This document shows positions 46,770-60,209 of a stretch of DNA of 64,000 nt, piece by piece (the first letter of the stretch is position 1; the number at the start of each line of letters is the position of its first letter). The DNA is from Elsinoe ampelina. Lineage: Eukaryota. A model generated the notes under the pieces. It made no database searches. It worked only from the letters and a program-made list of their open reading frames with translations, and was not told the origin of the DNA. The stretch lies in contig ML992512.1 in NCBI GenBank assembly GCA_010093995.1, positions 877,831-941,830 of the forward strand, given 5' to 3'. The position numbers and the translations under genes were made by a program.

Positions 46770-48516
46770 ATGCCTCTCAAGTCCCCCTTTCAGCTGGACA
46801 TACCCTTGACTGACGTCCTCTCCTTTGTCTTCCCACCCGAGCATACACCTCCAGATCAACCAGTATGGATTGATGCAGAAAATACGGACAACTGTCTGTC
46901 GCCAGCACAATTGCTACAATGGGTCCGACGCCTTGGTGCTGGACTCGACACACTCGACATTAAGCAGAACGAAGTCGTCATGATGTACTCATCCAACCAC
47001 ATCTTCGTCCCTGTCGTCTATCTGGGTACGGCTGGTAGTGGAAGGATATTCAGTGGCTGCAACCCCGCTTACGGGGTCAACGGTGAGCATTGCCATGCAT
47101 GTTGGATCACCAAATTGACCGGTGATAGAAACATCATTCCAGATTGAAAATACCCGAGCAAAGCTCATCTTAGTCGAACCACCATACCTCTCAACAGTAC
47201 TGGCCGCGGCGAGCAAGTCCAACTTCCCACGAGACCGCATCTTCTTGTTCTCCGACTCGTCTTGTAGCCCTTCAAATGGAGTGAAGGACTGGTCTACCTT
47301 CCTACCTTCTCCTGCATCACCCAAAGTCAAATCTTGGTCCTGGCACCGTATGGACGCCCACGAATCTCGAACTCGCACAGCTGTTCTCAACTACTCTTCT
47401 GGGACCACAGGCCTGCCAAAGGGTGTCATGATCTCGCATCAAAATATCATCGCCAACGTCTGTCAGTCACTGTACATGCGGTCTTTGACTTCGTCCAAGC
47501 CGGCTCCATCTCCGTCCTTTCTACCCACAAAGTCAGCGTCGTCCGAACGATGGCTGGGGTTCCTTCCTCTCTACCACGCATACGGTCAACTTTGGTCAAT
47601 CACAGCTGCAGCAATCACCTTGACGCCATGCTTTTACATGCGTTCGTTCTCGCTCGTTCCATTTCTCTCCAACATTCAACAGCACAAGATCACCCACATT
47701 CAAACAGCACCGCCTGTTCTGGTCATGCTCGCTAAGCGTCCAGAAACTGTCAATTTTGACCTCTCTTCCCTACAAAACATTCTCTGCGGAGCTGCACCTC
47801 TTAGTAAAGAGCTCCAGAACGAAGTATCGGACCGCTTCAAGCTCAAAGTGGTCCAGACATGGGGCATGACCGAAGTCACGTGCTCTTCTCTCCACGTTCC
47901 TGGTCTACTGGACGACCGTTCTGGTAGTGTTGGCCACATCGACCCGAATTGCGAGATGAAGCTCATCACCGACGACGGACACGAGGCAAAGACAGGAGAG
48001 AGAGGTGAAATTCATGTCAAGGGTCCGAACATATGTTTGGGCTACTGGCGGAACGACAAAGCCACGAAGGATACATTCGATGAACAAGGCTTTCTCCGAA
48101 CTGGCGATGTCGCCATAGCAGATGACAAGGGTTGGTTGTGGATAGTGGATAGAAAAAAGGAGCTGATCAAGGTGAAAGGTTTTCAAGTCGCGCCGGCAGA
48201 GCTTGAAGCTGTATTACTGGAGAATGAAGATATTGCGGATGCAGCAGTAGTGGGTATCCTCGACGAGGATGGTCACGAAGAAAGACCAAGGGCTTATATC
48301 GCACTCAAAGACTCGGCCAAGGGCAAGGTCAAGGAGGCCGAAATCGTAAAATGGATCGACAGCCGAGTGGCCAAGCACAAGCGATTAGAAGGCGGCGTAA
48401 AGTTCATTGACGAAGTACCCAAGAGTCCGAGTGGGAAGATCCAGCGAAAGGTCATGCGAGATTGGGCAGCCCGGGATCGAAAAGACATGTACAGCAGCCC
48501 CAAGGCCAAATTATGA
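46770..48516 (+). CDS. Peroxisomal 4-coumarate-CoA ligase-like acyl-CoA synthetase
   Basis: YSSGTTGLPKGV, LPLYHAYG, QTWGMTE, GEIHVKGP, RTGD, DRKKELIKVKGFQVAPAELE, PKSPSGKI, C-terminal AKL. Intron about 47083-47128. Confidence 0.88.
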
Positions 48517-48557
48517 GATAACACACAGTACATATTGTATACTCAATATCACGAAAG

Positions 48558-50111
48558 TTATGGCGTCAATCTCCCCATTTCCACCTCCCGACGTCCGTCC
48601 TCTTCATTCGCCTCACCCTTTTGTCTTCCTTTCTTCGTCTCCAACAACTCTCTCAACCTCCTCAGCTTTTCCTCCGTTTCTTTGATCTCCCCCTCCACCT
48701 CTCCTCTCGAAGCAATCACATGCCTCAACCTCAACACCAGCGCACTCACCAACACCAACCCAACACCCACGCTCGTCGCCCATTGCCCAACCTCCCTCGG
48801 ACTCTCCCCACTCCCGAACCCAAGATGGATATACCACTCTATAAACACCACGAAAACCACAATCACCGCCGGCGTCAAGACCATGGCGATCAACAAGACG
48901 GTCAAAGCCAGTACATCCAGCCCAAACCTGAGCAGATGCCACGCCTTTGTCCTCCGCGTCTTCTCCGGCCGAGAATTAAAGTCCCCCCAAGCCTTCCTCG
49001 GACTCAGCACCATGACCGTCATCCTGCGCGCACCCCGCTTGACATCCTCCCATATCGCCGGGAATGGCGTCGTGGACTTGTGGAAAATCTCCTCTGGACG
49101 GTGCAGGGGTACCCTGGACAGTCTGCTGGCTCCCGTGAGCAGGAATACTAACATGACTATCATCGTGAAGCCGGTGACTACGATTGCGGCGATCATGAGT
49201 TCCGTGAGGTGGTACTCCTTTATCAACCCCGGGGTTGGGTCGGAGATGCCGGCCAGGGCCAGAGCGGATTTCGTTCTCGGGGACCGATACGTCTGCGTGT
49301 TGGCCACTAGCATGTTTGGACGCCGAAGTACCTCTTCTGTCGTGAAGCAGGGGTAGAGACAGTTCGTGTTCAGGTCTGCAGCGTTGTTGTAGTTGCTGAA
49401 GGTGGACCAGATGGTGTGGTTCCAGTCATGGCTTGAGGAGCGGGAAGAAATGACATTGCCGTCGGATGTGACGGAGGTGGAGTCGAGGATGCTGGGGTAG
49501 CAGAAGCGGTATTGTAGGGGTGTGTCGAGGAGGGTGGGCCAGAGGATCAGGGCGCAGAGAGCTCCGGCCAGCATGAGGAGGTTCCAGAGGAGGACGAGGA
49601 GGCGGCGGGCGCGGTTGTGTTGGACGAAGGAGGACCAGCAGTGGACTGGGAGCATGGTTAGATACGCAGTGACAGTGATGGCGAGGACGGCGTCAATGTC
49701 AAAGTCGAGTGCGTCAGGGATGATGTCGATCGTGTCTCGATCTGTGATGAGGTTGGAGATGGTAGATAGGACAGAATCTGCTGCAGCAACTGTCGAGTTG
49801 ATGAAAGGAATGGTCACAGATTGAGATACGGCCTCTGCTCGATTGTAGGCGATCAGGATCATAGCTTCAATGGCAGCTGTGCCGGCGTATGTAGCTGCCA
49901 CACCGAGGAAGACATTTGCGAGCCAAGGATACCATTGTGTAAAGAAGACGGCCACCAAAAGTGCATAGTAAAGATATCGAGGAGAGCTGCCGTAAATGTC
50001 ACTAGCCGGGTACGCACATGTAACCCATTCGGCTGTGAATAGAGGAGTCTGCGTCGCTGGGTTGACGAATTGCACGAACCCACTATCACTGTCTGTCGTG
50101 TTGAGTGCCAT
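48558..50111 (-). CDS. Uncharacterised fungal multi-pass membrane protein
   Basis: 517-aa intronless ORF with about 7 hydrophobic segments, CAYPASDIYG..PRYLYY and VGQW motifs, C-terminal coiled coil. Confidence 0.7.
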   Translation of the reverse strand: MALNTTDSDSGFVQFVNPATQTPLFTAEWVTCAYPASDIYGSSPRYLYYALLVAVFFTQWYPWLANVFLGVAATYAGTAAIEAMILIAYNRAEAVSQSVTIPFINSTVAAADSVLSTISNLITDRDTIDIIPDALDFDIDAVLAITVTAYLTMLPVHCWSSFVQHNRARRLLVLLWNLLMLAGALCALILWPTLLDTPLQYRFCYPSILDSTSVTSDGNVISSRSSSHDWNHTIWSTFSNYNNAADLNTNCLYPCFTTEEVLRRPNMLVANTQTYRSPRTKSALALAGISDPTPGLIKEYHLTELMIAAIVVTGFTMIVMLVFLLTGASRLSRVPLHRPEEIFHKSTTPFPAIWEDVKRGARRMTVMVLSPRKAWGDFNSRPEKTRRTKAWHLLRFGLDVLALTVLLIAMVLTPAVIVVFVVFIEWYIHLGFGSGESPREVGQWATSVGVGLVLVSALVLRLRHVIASRGEVEGEIKETEEKLRRLRELLETKKGRQKGEANEEDGRREVEMGRLTP

Positions 50112-50797
50112 GACCTGTAGCCATCCGAGGAACGCGAGCTGAGCAACGAAGGAGAGACAGAAGAGTCATTCGTGCTTTCAAGGCACCTTTTTCTTTTCAC
50201 GACTGTTGAACTCAAAACTAGAATAGACTCACGAACCAGATGCTGACGGTTATATAGTACCGCAGTTGAATTGAAGCCTGTCATCACAACAGCGAAGTAA
50301 CAAGGCGTGAAACGGTGACAAGGTCAATAAGACCGACTGTCTGCGGATGTCAGTGTAGAGGACATTGACATGAAGGATGCAATGGCAAGAGTCCCTTGGA
50401 CATGATCGGCCACCTTCACCGCCTTTGTTCATGTTGTTACAAGTCGCCATTTGCTTTCTGGACTTCTGACCCTCCCTCACACTTGACGACATGAGCTTGT
50501 TCGAAAAGGCAGTCGAATTCGAATGCATTCTTCTCTGCCTGCGGGCAAAGCTTGAGGGCTCTCTATCCGGTGGTTTTGCAACGTTGGCGGTCACGTCAAG
50601 AGCGTGCGCGTGAAATTTTCATGCATCACACGCTATCAAGCTCCACCAGACGATGTCTTCAAGTAACTCTCAAAAGATGCGCCTCTTCCTGATCTATTCA
50701 TCCTTCCAACCCGCTAGTTCGGATCAAGTGTACAACGCTAGCAGCTCCGGAATCTAAATTGCAGGCTGACCGATAGCTATGACCGCTCTTCTGATAT

Positions 50798-53700
50798 CTA
50801 CACTGCTTGATTTGCTACGTTAAGCCTGTAGCTCTCACTCCTGACTAACAACTCCTCGTGCGTTCCAGAGTCCACACAAGCTCCTTTCTCGATGAGGAAG
50901 ATGACATCGGCCTCTTTGATAGTATGCAAGCGATGCGCTATCGCTATGACAGTAGTATGTACAGTTGCTTTCTTGAGACTCTCGCGCAGCAAGTGCTCGG
51001 ACTCGGCGTCCAAAGCGCTTGTAGACTCGTCCAGAAGCAGAAGCCGGGGCTTACGTACCAGGGCTCTGGCGAGAGCTAGACGCTGCTTTTGTCCGCCGGA
51101 CAACCTGTCACCATTGGGACCGACGGGACTGTCATAACCCTGTGGCAGCGCGACAATGACTTCGTGGATATTGGCGAGTTTACAAGCGTCTTCGAGATCC
51201 TGCTGCGTGGGAGTGTGATCCGGTCGAGCGCCAAGGAGAAGATTGAATCGAACGGTATCGTTGAAGAGGACACTCTGTTGAGGGACGTATGAGATGTCAT
51301 GTCGGAATGTGCCATCACTGTAAGCAATATCTTTGTTGTCGATAGAGATACTGCCTGACAAAGGTTGGTAGAGACGTTCGATGAGCGAGACGATGGTGGA
51401 TTTTCCGGCACCGCTGGGTCCAACTAACGCAACGAACTGGTTGGTCTGAATGTGGAGATTGAGGCCATGAAGTACACGGATGTACGGTCGTGCCGGGTAT
51501 GAGAATTTGACGTCCTTGAATGTAACATCTATGCCCCCGCGAGCAGTAAGACCTTTTTCGGAAGTGACAGCTGCAGCTTCAACGTCGGGTGGAGAATCCA
51601 GAGGTTTAGACAGATCGGTGGCGGATCCTAGCCGGAGGACTTTCATGAGCCGTTCAGTCGCCTTAAAGGCGCGCGAAATATCTGGAGCGAGAGCAAATGC
51701 TTGACCCCAGAGCTGTGAACTGACTAGTAAGGCGATGATGACGATGAAGAATTGTGTCTGGGTGTAGCGTCCAGCGATGATTTGCTTAGAACCCCAATAG
51801 TATGCTAAAGCGTAGAGAAAGTTGCTGAGTCCATAACCGATGGCTAACCACAAATTCGCCCAGGCAGCGTTTTTGACTGCTTGTTTTACTGGGCCTTGAA
51901 GTGACCTACGGTAAGTTTCAAGTACGTTGCGTTCCAGACCGAATGACATGACAGTCCTAATTGAATCAATCGCTTCAATGGTGATGGCGTTTGAATTTGC
52001 AAATGATTCGGAATGGGTTTCCTCAAAGTGAGCGAGAGTGGAGACCCTCATGTATCCAGCACCTAAGAGAAGGGGTACCACTGCGAGACACACAACAGCT
52101 ATCCTCCAAGCAATGATGTGAGTCATAGTGATAGTGGCAATGAGACTGACGATTACGCTCAGTATCGTACAGATGACTGATCCAGCAAGCCCATTTAGAG
52201 CCCCGCTATCCTTTGTGACAAGGGCGAGCAGCATGGCAGGATTACGATCCGAGGCCTCGTGCCAGGCAAGATCCTGTTCCAACACTGAACGAAGCGTCAG
52301 TACCCTCACCTTGTGAACAATTTGCTCCGCGATCCAACCAAAGATTGACCAGCTGAAGAAATTGGCAAGGAATTCAAGAATGGCCAGCATGAAGAAAAGT
52401 AAGCTGTAAAGATTCCCAGCATCCCGGATCTCAGCAGGAGTTTCGCATGGACTAAGCTTCCCGACAACCTTTCCGAAGATGACCGCCGAAAAGCAGTATG
52501 TCGCACCAATGACAGCGGCGCCAATACTTGCGATGACAAGTAAGAAAGCATACGGGCGAGTTAGAGCACCTAGTGGGCGTAGAACGGATGATTCCGATCG
52601 TGACTCCATAGGATCATGACTTGGGCATGAAGTCGAATCCCCTCCGGTCACGGCCTCGTCATTACTTGTGCTAGAATCTTGAAGTGCCGCAGACTTTTCC
52701 GCTGTGGTGATGGACTCGTTCGAAGGCGATTCCACAGTGGTCGATGGTTCTTCATTCGTAGTGGCTTCCGTTTCGGAATTCTGCAATCTCACAAGCTCGG
52801 CATAGTGGCCACTGAGCTGAATCAGTTCTTCGTGCTTGCCTTGTTCAATCACGGTCCCCTGACGCATGACTATGATATTGTCGGAATGCTTGATCGTAGA
52901 GAGTCGATGTGCAACTGAAATGATCGTACGGCCAGCTGCAATCCTTGTGATAGCGTCCTGAATGAGGAGCTCCGAAGCCGCATCCAAAGACGCTGTAGCT
53001 TCATCTAGAATCAGGACTCGAGGATTCTTGATCAAAGCCCGTGCGAGAGCAATGCGCTGTTTCTGACCCCCACTGATCAAGCTTCCTTGTGGACCCACGG
53101 TAGTACCATAGCCGTCATCCAAGAGATCGATGAATTCCGATGCATTAGCAGTTGCAGCAGAATCCTGTACAAGACGGAAGATCTCTCGTATCTGTGGACT
53201 CTCACTGTGAGAAGTTCGTTCAAAGTCAGTGCCTGCCCTTAGAGTCTCGGCTACTTTGGATAGGGAATCTCCCATAAGAGCTTCCTGCAGATGTGCATGA
53301 GCTGGGGAGTTGATCAGGCCAATGGCGATGTTCTCTAGTATAGATCGATGGAATAAGCGAGGTTCTTGTTCCACCAGACCGATTTGACTTCTCAAGAATC
53401 GGACATTGAGCCCTACAATATCGTGGTCGTCCAATAAGACCCGTCCAGCAGATGGATCATAGAACCTTGTAAGTAATTGAGTTATGGTAGATTTACCACT
53501 GCCCGAAAGGCCGACAAGAGCAGTCTGCTGCCCGGCGGGAAACTCGAGGGACAATTTCTGAAGTGCGTGCTTATCGGGAGCGGACGGATATGCAAACACA
53601 ACGTCTTGCAATTTCAGAGTTCCAGTTACGGCTGGAGGCGATGTTCCCTCGTCTTCCTTAGTCCCATCGATCTTGGAAACGTGATCCATATCAGATTCGA

Positions 53701-54848
53701 GCTTGCAAAAGGCAGCGGACGCAGCACTGAAATTTTGCAGAAAAACTGCAGCCTGACTAAGGACAAGGGAACCTGAACGTGTCAGAATATTAGACTGTCA
53801 CAGAGCTCAAGATGCATACCGTCTACCAGGACCAAGATGACAGTATAAGTCTGGCCAATCGTGATTCCTCCAATGTTGTTCTCGAGAGCGTCTGCAAGAC
53901 GCTGGGATCCTTGCCAGAAGGCTAAAGCGTTTGCTGAAAATGCGATAAAGTACAATAGCCCGGCTTGTGTGGCAATGCAGAGCGATTTCCAGAGTGCGTT
54001 TGTGAGACCCGGACTTAATGCAGTGACGAAGTTCTCCTCGAGGCGAACATTAGCTGAGAAGGCGTGAACAATTGTTAAGTTTTGAAAGGCCTCGAGAGCC
54101 ACGGCTGAGGCGTTTGTTAGACTCTCGATCGATTGAGCGAAATACTTTTGTGTAAAGTAACCTCCCCCGAAAGCCATGAGTAGATATGCCGGTGTAAGTG
54201 AAACCAGCATTGCGGCCAGTTTGGCATCCATGGTAAAGGCAACAATGTAGGCGGTAACGAAGAAAGAGGTTGAGCTGATGACGATGCCGACCTTCTCATT
54301 AGTACCTTGCTGTATGGTTGCGACATCCTCGTTGATCCTGGAAGATACCTGTCCTGCGGTCATGGTGTCAAAGTAGGTAGCATCTTGTCGGAGCATAGAG
54401 GCGAGGTATCTCTCTCGGAGTCGTTGAGCCAGTTTTTCGGCAGAGAGATTCCACGCAAAGATGGAGATATACATGAGTGAAAAATAGGCAATGCCTACGT
54501 ACACGACGAGTAGGACCTTTTCGTTGATGGAATTTCCATATGCTGGTGCCGAAGATGGCGTGACATCGCACGTTGCAGAGTTCAGATCGTTCACAAGCTG
54601 TCCATAGATGATGGCCAGTACCGGAAATGGAACCCCAGATGCTATGGCGGAGATGAATGCGACCAGTAGAATAGCAAGCTCTACTTTCGATGGCTTCGCG
54701 TAGACCAATAGTCGACTGAAGGTGGTAGCCGAATGCCACCGCTATGGAGGGTTAGCACGTCGATATGCTTGCTCAATACGAGACAGGAACTAACACTACG
54801 CCTGGGGGCTACCTTCGCCGAGTCTTGATTCCCCTTTGCGAAGCCCAT
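50798..54848 (-). CDS. Full-length ABCB/MDR transporter, AbcB-like (siderophore cluster)
   Basis: TMD-NBD-TMD-NBD. GLSGSGKS / ISGGQKQR / LILDEATA and GPSGAGKS / LSGGQKQR / LLLDESTS. Introns near 54745-54795 and 53775-53820. Confidence 0.9.
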
Positions 54849-55092
54849 TTCGCTGGTGAAAGATGAAAGTATGCAAAATGACAGTGGTTGCGAAAAAGAC
54901 ACAGGAGGTTTTCATTGTCTCGATGCATATTCTGCCAGTAACCCGGGCGATGTGAGGACATGGCGGACATCGAGCTCGGCACGCACTGTTTACCGAGAGA
55001 TGCAGGCCCCCTGTTCACTTGGCTGAGCACATGTGTGCAGCTGGGGTGGAATGTGGGCTGACCTGGAGAGTTGCGCTAAATGGAAAAATTTG

Positions 55093-55195
55093 ATCAGATA
55101 ACGGAAGGTGGGTCTAGAAACATTACATCTTCCGCGCTAGGTTTTGCCTGACAAAGCTAATGACGACTTGACGACTTGGCAAACGGATCAGATAA
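55093..55195 (+). promoter_or_regulatory. Two SreA/Sre1-type iron-repression boxes in the abcB/estB divergent promoter
   Basis: ATCAGATAA at 55093-55101 and 55187-55195, both within GATCAGATAAC. Confidence 0.75.
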
Positions 55196-55402
55196 CTTTA
55201 AGCATCCCGTGTGCCCCGCCGATCTTCGGACCATCCGAGCCTCCAGTTTTGTCTAGTCAGGCAAGATCGTACCACTTTTGTATCAGGAAAGGCTATTCGT
55301 ATCCATCCCATAGTCGACAAGTTGTTTCTGTACACGGTGCAGAAAGCTGAAGGGTTCTCTTCCATCGAATCATTCGCATAGATCTCTCCAAAGACATACG
55401 CC

Positions 55403-56360
55403 ATGGCTGGGGGAGATGATATTCAGATCAGCAGATCAGTGACAATCAACCTACCAAACTCCGAGGAATTTCTTCTAGAAGGCCCAGATGGAGATTACTT
55501 GATCCAGATGTCCTGGCCTCTGCATTGGCGAGAAAAGAGCCCGCCCGGTCAAAGGTCCTTGCCTGTCATGTACGAACATAATGTATCATAAGTCGCCCGT
55601 GTGCTAATCCGACGTGGCCAGATATATCGTCGACGGTAATGCACTATTCCTGACAGCCACAGAGTGTGCCTGGCGGCGATCAGCATCTTCGCACTTCTCC
55701 GGAGGTGGTATCGTGGTCGCGGTCGGATATCCTCTCCCTCATGGAAAACTATACGACGCAAAAAGACGTAGTAATGACTTGACCCCTCCTACAACACCAA
55801 GTCTCCCGGGCTATGGAGGAGCCGACGACTTCCTAGATTTTATTGAACATACGGTCCGAGCAGCAGTCAGGATGCGCTTCCCCGAAACGGCCATCTCGAG
55901 GGAAGCTCTCTACGGCCACTCGTACGGCGGTCTCTTTTCGTTGTTCGCCTTACTCTCGCGACCTCGATCTTTCGATTGTTTCATGGCTAGCAGCCCGTCT
56001 ATCTGGTGGAACCATGGTTGCATCTTTGATGAAGCGAGGCGTTTCCTACAGAGTGAGCAGCTCGTTGGAGACGAACGTCCTTCCCTCATGATGTTTTGGG
56101 GTTCATTGGAGCAAGACCCACCTCAGTGGGATGGAGAGCCTTTGGATCATTGGGAGGCGCGGAAACAAGTCGCCGCGGACCTCAAGATGGCAGACAACGC
56201 TCGCCATATGTGCCATATGCTGCGGGGCGGAGGGAAGCTGAGGACGTTGTCACACGCAGAGTATGACCATGAAGAGCACACGAGCACCATGACTTGTTCA
56301 ATCAGTCGAAGCTTGACCTCATTTTTTGAAGATTGGCCGTTCCTTGAGCAGCAGGCTTAA
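55403..56360 (+). CDS. estB: Siderophore esterase, IroE/EstB-like
   Basis: LPV(I)YIVDGNALF, IVVAVGYP, RSNDLTP, GGADDFLDFI, GHSYGG nucleophile elbow, ASSPSIWW. Intron about 55569-55621. Confidence 0.82.
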
Positions 56361-56704
56361 ATCGTAATACCATACATGAGATTGACAGCGGGTGAGCCGA
56401 TGTGACAGTTTCGAGACGAAGTATCCGGGACGCAGTCGTACGATGAATTTTTTATGCGCATAAAGTTTACCTATTCGGGCGATCAAGTGTGATTGACCGC
56501 CGGAGCTGTCCACAATACCGCCCTGAGGCACGTGTGGGGATCTTTGTAAAAATGCAAAGGCGACATATATAAACAGGGCTCGCTTGGGTGGGCGGACCAT
56601 TGTCACATTGCCCACAGACAGGCGCGAGAACCACTCGACAACAACTCAAACAAAAAAAAAACGCCACGACACGGATCTAGGCAGGAACTCTTACCGGCCG
56701 AAAC

Positions 56705-57274
56705 ATGACATCTAAGCAGCCGACCTTGCGGACGCCTCGGCTTGAACTCGTGCCTCTCACGGATGAGCATCGGGAGAACACGAAACTTCTTGATATGGAT
56801 CCTGAAGTGATGAAAATGGTGGCTTTCGGTCGCCCGTTTACGGAAGAAGAAACTCAGCAGATGCACTCCTGGCTGACTGGAATCGCAACTTCTCACCCTG
56901 GCTTGGGGACCTGGGCTGGCATGCAGGGTGGCCAGTTCGTTGGCTGGTGGGTATTGGCCCCGATACCAACAAAAGACGATGCGGAAAAGTTTGAGGAAGG
57001 TCGGAGCGAATTTGGGTTCAGGGTCTGTCCAAAGTTTTGGGGTCAGGGTTATGCCAAGGAAGGGGCCCGCGAGATGATCCGCTACGCCTTCGAAGATCTT
57101 GGACTTTCCGAGGTGGTCGGCGAAACGATGACTATCAATGCAGCTTCCCGCGCAGTCATGGCCGGTGTCGGATTGACCCACGTCGAGACATTTTTCAGGA
57201 AATACGACAACCCACCCTCAGGGATCGAAGAAGGTGAAGTTCGGTACACCATCCGAAACAGGAATAATTCTTAG
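56705..57274 (+). CDS. sidG: GNAT acetyltransferase, SidG-like (fusarinine C acetylation)
   Basis: RimJ/Acetyltransf_3-type fold (LRTPRLEL..., FWGQGYAKEG, N.ASRAVM), located between estB and mirB. Confidence 0.75.
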   Translation: MTSKQPTLRTPRLELVPLTDEHRENTKLLDMDPEVMKMVAFGRPFTEEETQQMHSWLTGIATSHPGLGTWAGMQGGQFVGWWVLAPIPTKDDAEKFEEGRSEFGFRVCPKFWGQGYAKEGAREMIRYAFEDLGLSEVVGETMTINAASRAVMAGVGLTHVETFFRKYDNPPSGIEEGEVRYTIRNRNNS

Positions 57275-57641
57275 CAATCAATCCATCTGATTAGATTTGA
57301 TCCGAAAGAAATTTAGACGACCCTACCTTCTTCCACCCACTGCGCATGTCCGTCCGCGCCCCATGTGCCATATGCAATATCCAGGGCTGACGACAGCTCG
57401 TCCGCTAGCGTCGATTAGAGAGCTGATCACCCGACTTCGCTAGCGACATGGGTTGTGTCCTTTCTGACCGTGCTTCAGCCATGGGTCACCCGTGCGGCAC
57501 AGAGCCCGGCGAAGACCGTACTGACCAGATGTCCCGGTGAATTTTTGGTTCACGACAAATCGTCAGGTTATAATACAACTACATCACTGCACTCTTTCAG
57601 ATTGTACCCACCCCTACCCCCCAATCTCATACTTCTTGGAC

Positions 57642-59606
57642 ATGTCTGCTACAGAGAAAGCGCACAACATGAACGAACCCCAGACAGAGGCCAAAACAGC
57701 CAATTTCGACGTCGATGCCTCATCTGAACGACCTGATCAGAGCCACAGAAGACCCTCCCTCGGCTCGGGCAATGCCTTCAAGGACGAACTCGACAGTACC
57801 ATCCCTGCCGACAATGCTCAGTCTGGTGTCCGAAAGATCGAAGCTGTCACGTTAGCATGGTCGAAGACTTCCATGTATGCAGTGCTCGTCTTGTACGTCT
57901 CCCCATGTGTTGCTAGATCTGCTTGACAAACGTTGACGGTCCCTGACAGCATTTGGTTTCTTACGCTCGTCAACAACATGAAGTCTAGCATGGTTTACAG
58001 CCTGGCACCCTACGCAACCAGTTCTTTCCTTGGACACTCACTGTTGACGGTCATCGCCGTAGTCTCCGGGGCTCTAGCAGGCGCTGTATATATCCCTATG
58101 GCTAAAGCTTTGGATCTCTGGGGTCGCGCCGAGGGCTTCCTCCTCATGCTAGCTTTCTGTCTTCTCGGTGTTGTTTTGCTGGCATCTTCCAAGAGTATTG
58201 AAGTCTACTGTGCGGGAGAGGTATGTTGGTTGTTGACAACGTCGAGATGTGTGCTGAACAGCCTTTTCACAGGTCTTCTACTACGTCGGTTTTGGAGGCC
58301 TGTCCTACAGCTGGGTTGTTCTGGCTACCGACGTGACCAATCTTAGGAACAGAGGTCTTGCTTTTGCATTCACCTCGTCTCCAGCTTTGATTTCTGCCTT
58401 TGCCGGATCCAAGGCAGCCGCAGGAGCGCTTGAGTTCTCAACCTGGCGGTGGGGTTATGGCATGTGGGCCATCATTATCCCCTTCTTCGCACTCCCGATC
58501 TATCTACTGATTGCTACCAATTTACGCAAGGCTGAGAAGAAGGGCATCCTGGAGCGCGAGAAGAAGCGAAAAATCACTTTCAATGTAGAGAACATCTGGT
58601 GGGCCGCCAAGGAATTCGACCGTACGTCTTCAATCTGGGTGTGAAGGGTGCCTCTGTATTGACTGTTTGATTAGTTCTCGGGGTCTTCCTCTTTGCCTCA
58701 GGCATGGTGGTTTTCCTTCTGCCTTTTACGCTTGTCAGCTACGCGGCATCTGGTTGGCGTACAGGCTACATCATCGCCATGATCATTGTGGGATTCATTC
58801 TGCTCGTCATGTTCGGACTTTACGAAGTCTTCCTGGCTCCGGTCCCTTTTCTTGACCATCGCCGCATGAACGACCGGTCTGTTCTCGGTGCCTGTCTCCT
58901 GAACATGACCTACCAGATCTCATATGGCTGCTATGCTACCTACTTCACCTCTTTTCTGCAGGTCGTGTACAATCTCGATGTCGCTTCAGCTGGTTACGTC
59001 GGTAACACATTCAGCGCTGTCGCTTTCGTGGCACTCTTTGTAGCGGGCTGGCTGATTCGCTGGACTGGTAGGCTCAAATGGATCCTCTGGTGCATGGTCC
59101 CGTTGTACATCTTCGGTCTCGGCTTGATGATTCACTTTCGTCAACCAGGATTCAGCATCGGCTACATTGTCATGTGCGAAGTATTCTTCTCTATCGCAGG
59201 CAGTGTTTTCGTCCTTTGCGTTCAACTCGCCGTCTTGGCGTCTGTCGAACACCAACATGTCGCCGCTGTTCTCGCGCTTCTCTTTGTTGTCGGAAGCATC
59301 GGCGGATCTATTGGCGCTGCCATCTGCGGAGCTATCTGGACCAATACATTCCGGCCTTACTTGGAGCAAAATCTTCCCGAGTCGGCACAGTCCAGCTTGC
59401 CCCTGATCTATGGCAGTCTGGTCCAACAGTTGAGCTACAGTGTCGGTAGTCCCGAGAGAGACGCCATTGTCGGCGCCTATGGTCATGCCCAAGCTGTCAT
59501 GCTGGCTGTAGGCACTTCTTTCATGGTACTTGGGTTCTTTTGGGTTGCTCTGATCAAGGATGTCGACGTACGGAAGATGTCGCAGACAAAGGGAAACGTG
59601 TTCTAG
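57642..59606 (+). CDS. mirB: Siderophore-iron MFS transporter (SIT/ARN), MirB-like
   Basis: QSGVRKIEAVTLAWS, LDLWGRAEG, LRNRGLAFAFTSSP, WRWGYG, GAIWTN, GSPERDAI. Three introns. Confidence 0.85.
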
Positions 59607-60057
59607 AGGGGAGGGCTGACAATTACGACCGGATGTAGCCGTCGAGGTGTCACCCATTGTATCAGACGTTGAATAACTTCGGGCTCTGGATGCAGATCTG
59701 AAATGTATCTATCGTCTCGAGCAGTACACAAGCTAGATTCGATAGCGCCAAGCTGTTTTGGCCTTCGTCAAGAATGAAAGAGCGTTGATACGGTTCCTTG
59801 TTGGATTATTTCGCATTGTTTTGGACGACTACGCGATACTCAACGTGTGGGAACTTGTATATCAGAAAGGGACGCTGGAATGCCTGTCCACATTAGTGCT
59901 CGAATGGGTCTGCCTTTTTGAACAAGCGCTGGAACAGTATTGTTTGAAAGCAAGTGGACTTGACGTCTTCCGTGAGATCGTCAGGAGCTGGTTGGAATTA
60001 AGGTTTTTCCAAGCGAGAGCGGTCAGCTAGCTCCGGGATCGGAGACGTCTTCCCACC

Positions 60058-60209
60058 TTATCAGATCGACAGACTCTGGTCGATGCACGTTTGAGTTTTG
60101 TCTAGCATTCCTGTGGAGCTCGCTTACTCGGATCAGATAACTGGGAGTCAGCCTTTGTTTTTTGGCAAACAGCACGGACATAAGTGGAGCTTGTCAAAGA
60201 ATCTGATTA
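60058..60209. promoter_or_regulatory. Cluster of SreA-type GATA boxes
   Basis: TTATCAGAT at 60058-60066 (ATCTGATAA on the minus strand), ATCAGATAA at 60132-60140, near-match ATCTGATTA at 60201-60209. Confidence 0.6.

Noticed and set aside
56652..56661. A10 tract upstream of sidG (and A8 at about 33057)
   Set aside because: Ordinary promoter/UTR homopolymers with no retroelement or target-site duplication evidence.
59758..60030. 90-aa ORF between mirB and sidH
   Set aside because: TTG start and no motifs. The region is better explained as 3' UTR/regulatory DNA.
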